From IMG/VR virus record IMGVR_UViG_3300025065_000002: a stretch of 60,000 bases of DNA; one strand, given 5' to 3'. Of this stretch, positions 17,044 to 25,098 are shown piece after piece (the first letter of the stretch is position 1; each line of letters starts with the position of its first letter). The DNA comes from a virus. The translations under genes were made by a program, and so were the position numbers. Under the pieces are notes generated by a model. That model worked only from the letters and a program-made list of their open reading frames with translations. It was not told where the DNA came from and did not search any database.

Positions 17044-18132
17044 TTACTGTTCCTCTAATTGTTGGCTGTCTGCCATTGATTGAACACCATCATCAAGAAT
17101 GGCATCTACATAATCATCTAAACTACTTTCATCTTGTGGCTGCTCTTGCTCGTAGCTTGATCGCGCGGCTTGGATAATCTGAGCATCTATCGTCGCTTTG
17201 AGTTTGTTTTGATACTTATCAAAATGAGCTGCTGGTATCATTGTCACGTCTGGAATCGCCTTTTTGATATTAGCGATAGAGTCTGGATTGGTAATACATG
17301 CAATCATCTTTTTTAAGATACTGGCTTGCTCGTCATCCACGTACTCAATGGCTGGCTCGCTGGCGTGCATCTGACTGACCTGCGATATCGCAGATGGTTG
17401 ATTGTTCTGCTGTTTCGGGGTAACGTCGCGTGCTTCGGTAAAGTCCTCGACTTCATCCTTGGTGTAGATACCCATCGTGACTTCAGGCGCATAAACACGG
17501 CCAAAGAAAGCAGCGGCACGATACATTGCCATTTGCTGCGGCATCGTCTGCCACTTACTGCCTTTCTTGAAGTACCAGCCTTCTTGTATTGCCATTTCAA
17601 GGGTAATAGGAGAGGACTTGACCACCTTGCCGGACGCTTTATCGGTAGCCCAAGCCACACAAGAAAAGTCATTCATATTGACAGACTTATTAAGCGTTTC
17701 TTTATTGCCGTTATTCCAAGCTGTTTCGGTATAGGCGATATCTTTATTGCCTAAGTCGGTAAACTCGAATTGCAAGGTAGTAAAGCGCCCACACGAATTA
17801 ATACCTGCAATAATAAATTGCGATGACCAAGCTGGACGTCCTTCAATCAGATATAAGTTCTGCATAATCATTAAAGGATCAGCACCTAAACGACTGGACA
17901 TATTGAGAGCCAATAGGCAGTTTGCGACCGCATTAGGGTTTTCGGTATAATTTGTGTTTTTGCCTTTACCGTAGCCAGTGGTCTTAGCTACCCAACTTTG
18001 GTAAATCTCAGGAACAATATTTGAGCTGGCGAGTAATTTAGCGGCTTCCATAACTTCTGAAAAATTTTGAAAGTTAAACAAACTACTGCCTGTCGCATTC
18101 ATTTGCGCGGTTACTTGTACGTCGCTATTCAT
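17044..18132 (-). CDS. recT: RecT-family single-strand annealing recombinase
   Basis: [14 protein letters not shown]..., [57 protein letters not shown]. It is adjacent to ssb. Confidence 0.78.
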   Translation of the reverse strand: MNSDVQVTAQMNATGSSLFNFQNFSEVMEAAKLLASSNIVPEIYQSWVAKTTGYGKGKNTNYTENPNAVANCLLALNMSSRLGADPLMIMQNLYLIEGRPAWSSQFIIAGINSCGRFTTLQFEFTDLGNKDIAYTETAWNNGNKETLNKSVNMNDFSCVAWATDKASGKVVKSSPITLEMAIQEGWYFKKGSKWQTMPQQMAMYRAAAFFGRVYAPEVTMGIYTKDEVEDFTEARDVTPKQQNNQPSAISQVSQMHASEPAIEYVDDEQASILKKMIACITNPDSIANIKKAIPDVTMIPAAHFDKYQNKLKATIDAQIIQAARSSYEQEQPQDESSLDDYVDAILDDGVQSMADSQQLEEQ

Positions 18133-18305
18133 TAGTTACTCTCCTCACCAAGACCAAACACGCTATCAAACTGCGCTAATAGTTGGCCCATCATTTGTTT
18201 TTCAGCTTCAGCGCTGGCTTGTTCGCTGATATTGTTCGCAAACCAGTGCTGTTCTTCCTGATCCATCCATTCCCAGCCAGCGGCGTCTTGTTGATACTCA
18301 CTCAT
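18132..18305 (-). CDS. Hypothetical 57-aa acidic protein
   Basis: I prefer Met at 18305 (MSEYQQDAAGWEW...) because it has a GGGAGG RBS and an ATGAGTGA overlap with the upstream gene. The track ORF 18132..18389 extends further. Confidence 0.55.
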   Translation of the reverse strand: MSEYQQDAAGWEWMDQEEQHWFANNISEQASAEAEKQMMGQLLAQFDSVFGLGEESN

Positions 18306-18645
18306 GATCGTCGCCTCCCAGCCCAAACAAGTAATTAACCTTGTCGTGTGCTTGCTTGACTGCTTCGCGTGCTTTCTTCGCGCCAGCAATCAAAGTTTTA
18401 ATATCAAGCTCTGCTAAATCGTTCTCTAAGCGAGAAACTTCGCACCCAAGGTGATAGACTTCGTTTTGCAGCTCGTCACAACCATCACAAGAACCATCAT
18501 TTTCAATTTGTACTGAGCCATGACTGATTGGCAGTGCATCCAACGTGATAGCCAACTCATAAGCTAAGCTATCAGGGTCGCAATCAAGACCTTCATCGAT
18601 AAGTTCGGCGTCGGTCATCGTTTTATAGCTGATTCTGCTACTCAT
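18298..18645 (-). CDS. Hypothetical protein
   Basis: ORF in the track, translationally coupled on both sides. Confidence 0.6.
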   Translation of the reverse strand: MSSRISYKTMTDAELIDEGLDCDPDSLAYELAITLDALPISHGSVQIENDGSCDGCDELQNEVYHLGCEVSRLENDLAELDIKTLIAGAKKAREAVKQAHDKVNYLFGLGGDDHE

Positions 18646-18848
18646 GATTCCACCTCACTTTTTAGCACCAAGTTGTATTGCTCAGGCATTTGAACCATAG
18701 GCTTATCTTTAGTTATAGCGCCTAAAGACAGCCTTAGCATCACTTGCTGCTCTTGGGTCATGCCTATCTGCACTATACGACCGTCAGCCGTTCGCTTGAT
18801 TAAGCCGATATGCTCGATATCATCTGCAAAACCGTGATTTAAACTCAT
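18642..18848 (-). CDS. Hypothetical protein
   Basis: ORF in the track, with overlapping stop/start on both sides. Confidence 0.6.
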   Translation of the reverse strand: MSLNHGFADDIEHIGLIKRTADGRIVQIGMTQEQQVMLRLSLGAITKDKPMVQMPEQYNLVLKSEVES

Positions 18849-19126
18849 GACTTTCTCCCATACGCCTTAGCGATAACATCGTTTGCATGGCGCGCCGTCT
18901 TAGCCTGCTGGCTCGCCTCGTATTCTTCCCAGCTCATATCATCATCGCTGTCCGGATTGGTGTTTTCTTCCAGATAAAGCTTGTGCTCTAAATGCACTTG
19001 GTCTTGCGCCTCAATGCCAGTTGCTAGGGCATTGGCACCAGTTGCGATGACGGCGCTGGCGAGTAGGGCGGATATTGCGAGCTTAGCGGTCAGCTCGACG
19101 TTGACTAACTTTAATAATTGTTTCAT
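18845..19126 (-). CDS. Hypothetical protein with N-terminal signal/anchor helix and acidic C-terminus
   Basis: LTAKLAISALLASAVIATGANALATG. A GGAGA RBS precedes the ATG. Confidence 0.6.
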   Translation of the reverse strand: MKQLLKLVNVELTAKLAISALLASAVIATGANALATGIEAQDQVHLEHKLYLEENTNPDSDDDMSWEEYEASQQAKTARHANDVIAKAYGRKS

Positions 19127-19151
19127 AATGGGTCTCCGTAGTAGGAATTAC

Positions 19152-19182
19152 CCCAGTCAATTTGCCTTGACTGGGTTTTTTT
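19152..19182 (+). terminator. Plus-strand intrinsic terminator inside the minus-strand operon
   Basis: Stem cccagtcaa / ttgactggg (9 bp), a 6-nt loop and a T7 run on the plus strand. On the minus strand the hairpin has no U-tract. Confidence 0.6.
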
Positions 19183-19351
19183 ATGCCTGAATTTTGGCAA
19201 GGGCTGTGATTAAAGCGTCTGCGTGCTTAACTGCGGTTTCTGCCATTTCGTAGCTACCAACGCGCTTGCCAGCATTGGCAGTAATAATCCCTTGCATGAC
19301 TGCCGCGGCTAACTGGTCGCGTCGGCTTAACGGTTCTGATTGATTACTCAT
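19181..19351 (-). CDS. 56-aa hypothetical protein, first gene after PL (below the ORF-track cut-off)
   Basis: My translation is MSNQSEPLSRRDQLAAAVMQGIITANAGKRVGSYEMAETAVKHADALITALAKIQA, with AGGA 9 nt upstream. Confidence 0.5.
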   Translation of the reverse strand: MSNQSEPLSRRDQLAAAVMQGIITANAGKRVGSYEMAETAVKHADALITALAKIQA

Positions 19352-19408
19352 AAGAGGGTCCTAATTTGATTAATACAAAGAATCAGGTAATTACTGCTAC
19401 CCTTTCAA

Positions 19409-19424
19409 GTTAACCAAAGTTTAC
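19409..19424. promoter_or_regulatory. Operator OL (gttaac caaa gtttac)
   Basis: This is the 16-bp GTAAAC-N4-GTTAAC dyad family. It overlaps the PL -10 element, and an extra gttaac half-site lies at 19429-19434. Confidence 0.6.
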
Positions 19425-19446
19425 CGAAGTTAACCAAGCCTGTCAA
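19418..19446 (-). promoter_or_regulatory. PL-like promoter of the leftward early operon
   Basis: On the minus strand: TTGACA (19446-19441), a 17-nt spacer, then TAAACT (19423-19418). The -10 element overlaps an operator. Confidence 0.65.
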
Positions 19447-19453
19447 TAATAAA

Positions 19454-19469
19454 GTTAATTGAAGTTTAC
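19454..19469. promoter_or_regulatory. Operator OL-distal (gttaat tgaa gtttac)
   Basis: Same dyad family with one mismatch, located upstream of the PL -35 element. Confidence 0.5.
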
Positions 19470-19499
19470 TTTATTTTGTAGATGGTAAATTTTAGACAC

Positions 19500-19524
19500 A
19501 AAAAAACCGCCACAACGGGCGGTT
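19500..19524 (-). terminator. Intrinsic terminator after the repressor gene
   Basis: On the minus strand: stem accgcc / ggcggt followed by a U-run (A-run 19500-19506 on the plus strand). Confidence 0.65.
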
Positions 19525-19559
19525 TATAAATCCTGCTTTACTTTAATTGGTTGTTATTA

Positions 19560-20258
19560 CTACCAGCGCTCCATGTTTGACCATTCCCAGACCCAACCAA
19601 GCACCTCAACATCACTCATATCTTCCGGCAGAACAATCTCGTCAGGGTATGCTGGATTATGGCTGCGAATTAACAGACCTCCATCTGGTCGCATGTATAG
19701 ATACTTAGTGCGCCTCATCACACCATGCCTTATACAATAAATCTTACCATCTTTAATCTCTTTTTTACTGGCGTCAGCAGTACACCTTGCGCCATCTGAT
19801 ATACGCTCGGCCATACTGTCACCATCATTCATATAACTAAAAGACTGCGTGATGCTAGCACCTGCCTTGCGAGCTGATCGCTTGCTCATTCTTATTTTTT
19901 TATCCGTCACTTCTTGTACCTCGCCCTCTTGGTTCCCTGCCGTTACAACTACCTTGTCGTAATAAGGTATCTCAAACTCATCATCATCAAGTTCGGTATC
20001 TTCATCCCAACCAACTACAGCAGAATAGCCTCGATAAGCCTCATCCCTGCCTGTGATTAAAAACTCCGCGCTGACGCCCAGCACCTCCGCCAACCCATTC
20101 ATATTACTGCCCGTTGGTTCAGACTGACCATTACGCCATTTACCTACAGCTACCTTAGATACGTTTAGCTTTTCGGCAATCTTGACGTTATTAAGACCTG
20201 ATTCGATTATCAAGTCGTTAATCCTATGCCCCATCTGCTCTAACTCAATATTGGTCAT
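19560..20258 (-). CDS. CI-like repressor (XRE HTH plus S24 LexA-type autopeptidase)
   Basis: The N-terminus LNNVKIAEKLNVSKVAVGKWRNGQSEP is an HTH. The C-terminus has GDSMAERI (Ser nucleophile) and KYLYMRPDGGLLIRSHNP (Lys region). Confidence 0.9.
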   Translation of the reverse strand: MTNIELEQMGHRINDLIIESGLNNVKIAEKLNVSKVAVGKWRNGQSEPTGSNMNGLAEVLGVSAEFLITGRDEAYRGYSAVVGWDEDTELDDDEFEIPYYDKVVVTAGNQEGEVQEVTDKKIRMSKRSARKAGASITQSFSYMNDGDSMAERISDGARCTADASKKEIKDGKIYCIRHGVMRRTKYLYMRPDGGLLIRSHNPAYPDEIVLPEDMSDVEVLGWVWEWSNMERW

Positions 20259-20270
20259 TGCCTTTACTCC

Positions 20271-20286
20271 GTAAACCTAAGTTAAC
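20271..20286. promoter_or_regulatory. Operator OR (gtaaac ctaa gttaac)
   Basis: Perfect dyad just upstream of the cI RBS. Confidence 0.6.
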
Positions 20287-20303
20287 TATCTTATCTTAAT
20301 AAG

Positions 20304-20332
20304 TTGTAATTGTTTTTTACTCGTAGTAAACT
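20304..20332 (+). promoter_or_regulatory. PR-like promoter of the rightward early operon
   Basis: TTGTAA (20304-20309), a 17-nt spacer, then TAAACT (20327-20332). The -10 hexamer is the same as in PL and overlaps an operator. Confidence 0.6.
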
Positions 20333-20341
20333 GTGGTTAAC
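20326..20341. promoter_or_regulatory. Operator OR (gtaaac tgtg gttaac)
   Basis: Perfect dyad overlapping the PR -10 element. Confidence 0.6.
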
Positions 20342-20347
20342 TTAATA

Positions 20348-20363
20348 ATTAACGGCGGTTTAC
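20348..20363. promoter_or_regulatory. Operator OR (attaac ggcg gtttac)
   Basis: Dyad with one mismatch, immediately before the cro-like ATG at 20367. Confidence 0.5.
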
Positions 20364-20366
20364 CTA

Positions 20367-20564
20367 ATGACTCTTGACGATATCAAAGTCTTCTATGGGT
20401 TTCAGTATGACGCGGAAGTTGCTCGTAAGTTTAACCTTACCAAGACCGCTATCGGTAAGTGGCGCTCAAACGGCATTCCTACCAAGCGTCAAGCTGTCAT
20501 CCAAGTTCTTACCAACAATAAGTTAAAGGCGGATTTATCAGCCTTAGCAGCAGAGGAGGCCTAA
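20367..20564 (+). CDS. Cro/YdaS-like HTH regulator
   Basis: It is divergent from cI and contains VARKFNLTKTAIGKWRSNGIPTKRQ. Confidence 0.75.
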   Translation: MTLDDIKVFYGFQYDAEVARKFNLTKTAIGKWRSNGIPTKRQAVIQVLTNNKLKADLSALAAEEA

Positions 20565-20567
20565 CTC

Positions 20568-20768
20568 ATGTACGACGACCCGAAACACATTAAAGACAAC
20601 CGCATTAACGCACGTTTTAGCGATGACGAGTACGAGGATTTAATCCGCGTCACTGGTCTGACTGGTCTGCAAAAAAGCACGCTAGTCCGTAAAGCAACGA
20701 TGAAGCTTGTCGCTGAGATTAAAGCTGAGTTTGAACGAAACCTAACCGATTATGAAGACGCAGTTTAG
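20568..20768 (+). CDS. Ribbon-helix-helix-like small protein
   Basis: AGGAGG RBS. RINARFSDDEYEDLIRVTGLTGLQKSTLVRKATMKLV has a beta-strand then two-helix pattern. Confidence 0.55.
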   Translation: MYDDPKHIKDNRINARFSDDEYEDLIRVTGLTGLQKSTLVRKATMKLVAEIKAEFERNLTDYEDAV

Positions 20769-20798
20769 GCGTTTTTCGGTTACCACAAGGGGAGGTCT

Positions 20799-20984
20799 AT
20801 GCCTGATATAGAAACGGAATTTAAAAACGATGAAGAAATGAAGCAGTTGCGATGGGCGGCAGCACAAAAGGGAATGACCGTAGAAGAGTTTACGGCCCAC
20901 GCCGCCAACCAGTTCGTCAAGAAGTCCAAAGACGATATTCGCAAGCGCATTCAAAATCCTGAACCAATCCAGATTATCAAATAG
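20799..20984 (+). CDS. Ribbon-helix-helix-like small protein
   Basis: GGGGAGG RBS. FKNDEEMKQLRWAAAQKGMTVEEFTAHAANQFV. Confidence 0.55.
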   Translation: MPDIETEFKNDEEMKQLRWAAAQKGMTVEEFTAHAANQFVKKSKDDIRKRIQNPEPIQIIK

Positions 20985-21015
20985 GTGTTTTTAAGGCACC
21001 GAAAAGGAGACAAAT

Positions 21016-21219
21016 TTGAAATCCACCGATAGAAGTCTATTTTCTTGCGAGCGCGAACGCTTAGCAGCGCTGGCAAGTGAGGCGGTCAGTGATTGCTCGC
21101 AAGAAGAAAGTGATAAAGAAGCGGACGACAAGGCGTTTTGGAAAGTCGTTTATATATTGGTTCACGTAGCAGCGGTATTACTCGTGCTGACAACGTTATA
21201 CAGAATGTGGGGGCAGTGA
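21016..21219 (+). CDS. Small tail-anchored membrane protein (TTG start)
   Basis: AAGGAG lies 6 nt before TTG 21016. The C-terminal TM is FWKVVYILVHVAAVLLVLTTLY. The stop overlaps the next start (GTGATG). Confidence 0.45.
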   Translation: MKSTDRSLFSCERERLAALASEAVSDCSQEESDKEADDKAFWKVVYILVHVAAVLLVLTTLYRMWGQ

Positions 21220-22250
21220 TGTTAAGAGAGCAGGTATTTTCAGATATTAGCAATTATCCAAAACCAGTTAATCCCGACTGGCAATCAGCGGTAGCTGAAT
21301 ATTTAGAAGAAGTGGGCGCAACTGACCTTGATGCACCGGACGCACCAAAGCGCAAAATTCAGCGTACTAACGATCAGCTATTTGTAGCGCTCCAGGGTCA
21401 GAAACGCAGAGAAGCAGAAGCAAGAGCGCAAGCTGAGTACCGAGAGGCGCAGGCACGTTTGGCAGACGGTACTGCTATTCATCGTCAAAAAAGAGAGCGC
21501 ACGCCAGTGCTATCTAAAGCGGTTAAAAGCAAAACAGTCAGACCAACAGCAGCGCCAAAGCGCAAGTACGCAAAACGCAATAGCAGTAAAGCGGCGTTTG
21601 ATGAAGCAGCAGCAATCGAAAGACGTGTGGCTATGATAAGCACGCTTAAATCAGGCGGTAAGATTGAGCAGATACCGCAAAAGCGGTGCGAAGGTGGCTA
21701 TGCAGAGTATCAAACGCAGTACACCGATATTCGCTGGATTGGCCGCGTGAAAGGACTGGTCATTGCACGCATACAGCGATTCAGAAGCAAGACTTCTTAC
21801 TTTGTCTTAGATGACTTTGAGCGCTATGAGTTGCCAGAGCCTATCAGTGGCTATGCTGAAGAAAAGCAAAAAATGCTAACCGCATTACTTAGCAAGAAGC
21901 TTGTGCTGGCAAGTGATATCGATAGCAGCGCTAAAGTTGCATCGCGAACGATTGCAGCATTGGCTGAGATACACGACTTGGACGTTTATACCGTGTTTGA
22001 AAGTCGTTCTGTGCATGGCTGGATATTCATCATGGACGAAGAAAAGCGCAAAGCTAAGCTCAAAGAAGTGGGCGATATGTTGCAGGCGCTGGATTTTTTG
22101 GAAGAACGAAAACTAAGAAAAGAAAATGACCGTCTGCCAATGCACGTACCTGACGTGATACTTGACGCGGCATACCGTGAGTTTAAGCGCGTTGCCAAAG
22201 ATGCGGGCGCGACTATAGAAGAAGTATTAGCGGTAAAAGAAAGTCAATAA
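21219..22250 (+). CDS. Hypothetical protein with central Lys/Arg-rich region
   Basis: The track ORF is 21138..22250. I prefer ATG 21219 (MLREQVF...), which is coupled to the upstream stop. Confidence 0.65.
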   Translation: MLREQVFSDISNYPKPVNPDWQSAVAEYLEEVGATDLDAPDAPKRKIQRTNDQLFVALQGQKRREAEARAQAEYREAQARLADGTAIHRQKRERTPVLSKAVKSKTVRPTAAPKRKYAKRNSSKAAFDEAAAIERRVAMISTLKSGGKIEQIPQKRCEGGYAEYQTQYTDIRWIGRVKGLVIARIQRFRSKTSYFVLDDFERYELPEPISGYAEEKQKMLTALLSKKLVLASDIDSSAKVASRTIAALAEIHDLDVYTVFESRSVHGWIFIMDEEKRKAKLKEVGDMLQALDFLEERKLRKENDRLPMHVPDVILDAAYREFKRVAKDAGATIEEVLAVKESQ

Positions 22251-22315
22251 AAAACCCTTTGATCGACGAAATCAAAGGGCCTAACAAACTTAACCTGTAA
22301 GCGGAGTATATATCC

Positions 22316-23080
22316 ATGAACGACATTATGCAAGTAAACGAAGTAAGCAAGACCATGAGCAGTCGCGAAATTGCCGAACTATGCGAAAAACGCCATGACC
22401 ATGTTTGTCGTGATATCGACAATCTTAATCAGAGCTATGAACAAATGGGCCTCCCCAAAGCTGGGGAGGGGCACTACACCCATCCAAACACGGGCAATCA
22501 GCAGCATCGCCAATTTTTACTAAGTAAAGAACAGACGATTGATTTAATAACTGGTTATCGCGCTGATATCCGTATTCGTATTAATCGTCGCTGGCAAGAA
22601 TTAGAACAGCAAGCGCAAGCAAGTAGTCCGGTCATGCCAGCACTACCTAACTTTACTAATCCAGCAGATGCAGCGATTGCATGGGCAGAAGAATATAAAG
22701 CTAAAGAAGCGGCGCAAGCTGAGGTTATCGAGTTAAAACCAAAGGCCGAAGCGCTGGCACGTATCAGCAGCGCAAAAGGCGCTACTGGTATTCGTGATAC
22801 CGCTAAAGCTGTTGGTATGCGTCAGAACGACTTTGTAGCGTGGTGTATTGATGATACCAAGCCTATGAGCCGTCGCTTCATGTATCGCGATGATAGAGGC
22901 GTGCTTAATGCGTACTCACATCGCACCAGTGCAGGACTCATGACGCAGAAGCTACAGTCGTTCGTTGGTCATGATGGGCGTGATAGAGCAGAGCCTAGAG
23001 TTAAATTTACCCCGGCTGGCGTGGCTAAGATTGCAGAGATGCTTGAGAAAGAGCGCAATAAAGAATTGGAGCCAATGTAA
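22316..23080 (+). CDS. Rha-family N-terminal domain plus KilAC-type antirepressor C-terminal domain
   Basis: TMSSREIAELCEKRHDHVCRDIDNL...NQQHRQFLLSKEQTIDLITGYRADIRIRINRRWQELE is Rha-like. The C-terminus has AKAVGMRQNDFVAWC...YRDDRG. Confidence 0.8.
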   Translation: MNDIMQVNEVSKTMSSREIAELCEKRHDHVCRDIDNLNQSYEQMGLPKAGEGHYTHPNTGNQQHRQFLLSKEQTIDLITGYRADIRIRINRRWQELEQQAQASSPVMPALPNFTNPADAAIAWAEEYKAKEAAQAEVIELKPKAEALARISSAKGATGIRDTAKAVGMRQNDFVAWCIDDTKPMSRRFMYRDDRGVLNAYSHRTSAGLMTQKLQSFVGHDGRDRAEPRVKFTPAGVAKIAEMLEKERNKELEPM

Positions 23081-24096
23081 TGACGGTACACGTTTTTAAC
23101 GTAGACGATGCAGTGAAGTACGGCATAGAAAAGGCTGTGATATTGCAGAATATGCGCTTTTGGCTGGATAAAAACAAAGCTAATGGCACTAACTTGCATG
23201 ATGGCTATTACTGGACGTACAACAGCGCAGAGGCGTTTTTCAAGATATTCCCTTACTTTAAGTCAGCTAAAGTCATCCAACGCCTACTAAAAAGCATGGT
23301 AGTAGACGGCTTATTGCTGGCTGGCAATTACAACAATAAGGGTTATGACCGCACAAAATGGTACTCAATGCCTGAATATTGCGCTGAAAGCCTTGATACA
23401 AGCCATTGTTCAAAAATGACCAATGGATTGGACAAAAATGACCAATGCAATGGTCAAGAATGTCCAATGGATTGTTCAAAAATGACCAATGCAATGGTCA
23501 AAAATGACCAACCTATACCAGATATAAACACAGATAGTAAACCAGATATAAACACAGATATTGGTACTAAAAAGAAATCATCAAAAAAACCCATTAAAAA
23601 GCTCACTGATTATCCTGATGATTTTAAACCTACTGAAAAGCAAGTAGCCAAGATGAATGAGTATGGAATCAACATACCTTTATTTTTAGAAACATTTGAA
23701 AATGGAACAAAAGCGAAGGGTATTCAATACAAGTGCTGGACTAGTGCATTTACCACTTGGATAAACAACGAGATTAAATTTCGCAAGCTTGCACCGGTAC
23801 CAGCACAAGAGAAATACGAGCCAGCATTTAACGGCTGGAACGACAGAAACCCTGATTACAAGCCACCTAGCCAGCAACCTGACGTTTACCACCCTAGTCA
23901 AGCAGAGTTCCAACCATCAGAGCCAGTCACCTACGTGCCAGCTATTGGAGACCCTAACTGGCGCTGGACAGAACCGCTACCGGGAATGAGCATTATTGAG
24001 ACTGATCGATACATCAAAGATCATAAGCGCAAAGGCGAGAACCCGAACAAGGCTTATCAGAGACTGCTTGTTGAGATGCAGGGAGAGACGGTATGA
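23080..24096 (+). CDS. Replication initiator (lambda O-like role) with embedded origin
   Basis: The N-terminal winged-helix-like region is AVILQNMRFWLDKNKANGTNLHDGYYWTYNSAEAFFKIFPYFKSAKVIQRLLKSMVVDGLL..YNNKGYDRTKWY. An iteron array sits inside the gene. Confidence 0.68.
   Translation: MTVHVFNVDDAVKYGIEKAVILQNMRFWLDKNKANGTNLHDGYYWTYNSAEAFFKIFPYFKSAKVIQRLLKSMVVDGLLLAGNYNNKGYDRTKWYSMPEYCAESLDTSHCSKMTNGLDKNDQCNGQECPMDCSKMTNAMVKNDQPIPDINTDSKPDINTDIGTKKKSSKKPIKKLTDYPDDFKPTEKQVAKMNEYGINIPLFLETFENGTKAKGIQYKCWTSAFTTWINNEIKFRKLAPVPAQEKYEPAFNGWNDRNPDYKPPSQQPDVYHPSQAEFQPSEPVTYVPAIGDPNWRWTEPLPGMSIIETDRYIKDHKRKGENPNKAYQRLLVEMQGETV
23411..23513 (+). repeat. Origin iterons: five copies of CAAAAATGACCAATG(G/C) at exact 22-bp spacing
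   Basis: Copies start at 23411, 23433, 23455 (degenerate: caagaatgtccaatgg), 23477 and 23499. Confidence 0.85.
23518..23595 (+). repeat. Direct repeat ccagatataaacacagata x2 (24-bp period) followed by an A-rich tract
   Basis: Copies at 23518-23536 and 23542-23560, followed by ttggtactaaaaagaaatcatcaaaaaaa. Confidence 0.8.
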
Positions 24097-24563
24097 AATT
24101 GATACTTGACCCATGTTGCGGTAGCAGAATGTTTTGGTTTGATAAAAAGGACGACAGAGCAGTGTTTACAGATAAACGCAGTGAGCAGCACACCTTGTGC
24201 GATGGACGTGAATTAATTATTGAGCCAGACATGGTAATGGATTTTACCGACTTACAGTTTGATGACGAGCAGTTCCAAATGGTTGTGTTTGACCCGCCTC
24301 ACTTGCGTAAAGCTGGCAAGGATTCATGGATGGCACTCAAGTACGGCAAGCTCGATGAAACTTGGCCAATTATGATTCGAGATGGTTTTGCAGAATGTTT
24401 TAGAGTGCTCAAGCCCAACGGTACGCTGATATTCAAATGGAATGAAGACCAGATTCCAGTAAAAGATATTTTGGCACTGACAGACCAAAAGCCAGTAGTA
24501 GGACACCGCAGCGGTAAGCGTAGTAACACTCATTGGATATGTTTTTTGAAGGAGATGGCATGA
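24093..24563 (+). CDS. Small SAM-dependent DNA methyltransferase (DPPH motif), orphan
   Basis: ILDPCCGSRMFWF is a motif I-like Gly-rich segment and VVFDPPHL is motif IV-like. RVLKPNGTLIFKW is also present. No restriction partner lies nearby. Confidence 0.65.
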   Translation: MKLILDPCCGSRMFWFDKKDDRAVFTDKRSEQHTLCDGRELIIEPDMVMDFTDLQFDDEQFQMVVFDPPHLRKAGKDSWMALKYGKLDETWPIMIRDGFAECFRVLKPNGTLIFKWNEDQIPVKDILALTDQKPVVGHRSGKRSNTHWICFLKEMA

Positions 24564-24706
24564 GCAAACTAAAAGACAGTCACAGAATTATCTCAATGCT
24601 AAAACAGCAAACACACGGTATATGCAATCCATCTGACTTCAAAGGTCAGGACTACATACCGCATAAAGCGCGGAATAATCGCAAGACTAAGCGAGGTAAA
24701 AAGTAA
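24560..24706 (+). CDS. 48-aa basic protein (below the ORF-track cut-off)
   Basis: My translation is MSKLKDSHRIISMLKQQTHGICNPSDFKGQDYIPHKARNNRKTKRGKK. There is an ATGA overlap upstream and a TAATG overlap downstream. Confidence 0.45.
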   Translation: MSKLKDSHRIISMLKQQTHGICNPSDFKGQDYIPHKARNNRKTKRGKK

Positions 24707-25098
24707 TGGCATCAATACAACTAGACGGCTTAACGATAGACCTCACTGATTCGATAGATCATTACAACATGTGCAACGATTCAGCGAGCGTAGAGCTATT
24801 GGGTGATAACACTCAGGTCTTAACGATCAATGTAGGGCATGACGGTTTAAAGGTACGCGCCCATTTCATCACGCTACACGATGTTATGAACGCTATCGCT
24901 GATGCCAACAGTTTTAAAGTGGTGCCGGTTATACCAGACGAGCACGCTAAAGACGCCGTTAATCATAGTGAATACTTTGATGCCGCTGGCAAGTACCACG
25001 TCAACAAGCCAGCGACTAAGCCCAAAGCAAAGCCGGTGAGCCGTAAGGCTTATCTTAAACAGACTGGCATGTTGGATTTTAGGGAGGCGGGCAAGTGA
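24706..25098 (+). CDS. Hypothetical protein
   Basis: ORF in the track with a GAGGT RBS. Confidence 0.65.
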   Translation: MASIQLDGLTIDLTDSIDHYNMCNDSASVELLGDNTQVLTINVGHDGLKVRAHFITLHDVMNAIADANSFKVVPVIPDEHAKDAVNHSEYFDAAGKYHVNKPATKPKAKPVSRKAYLKQTGMLDFREAGK

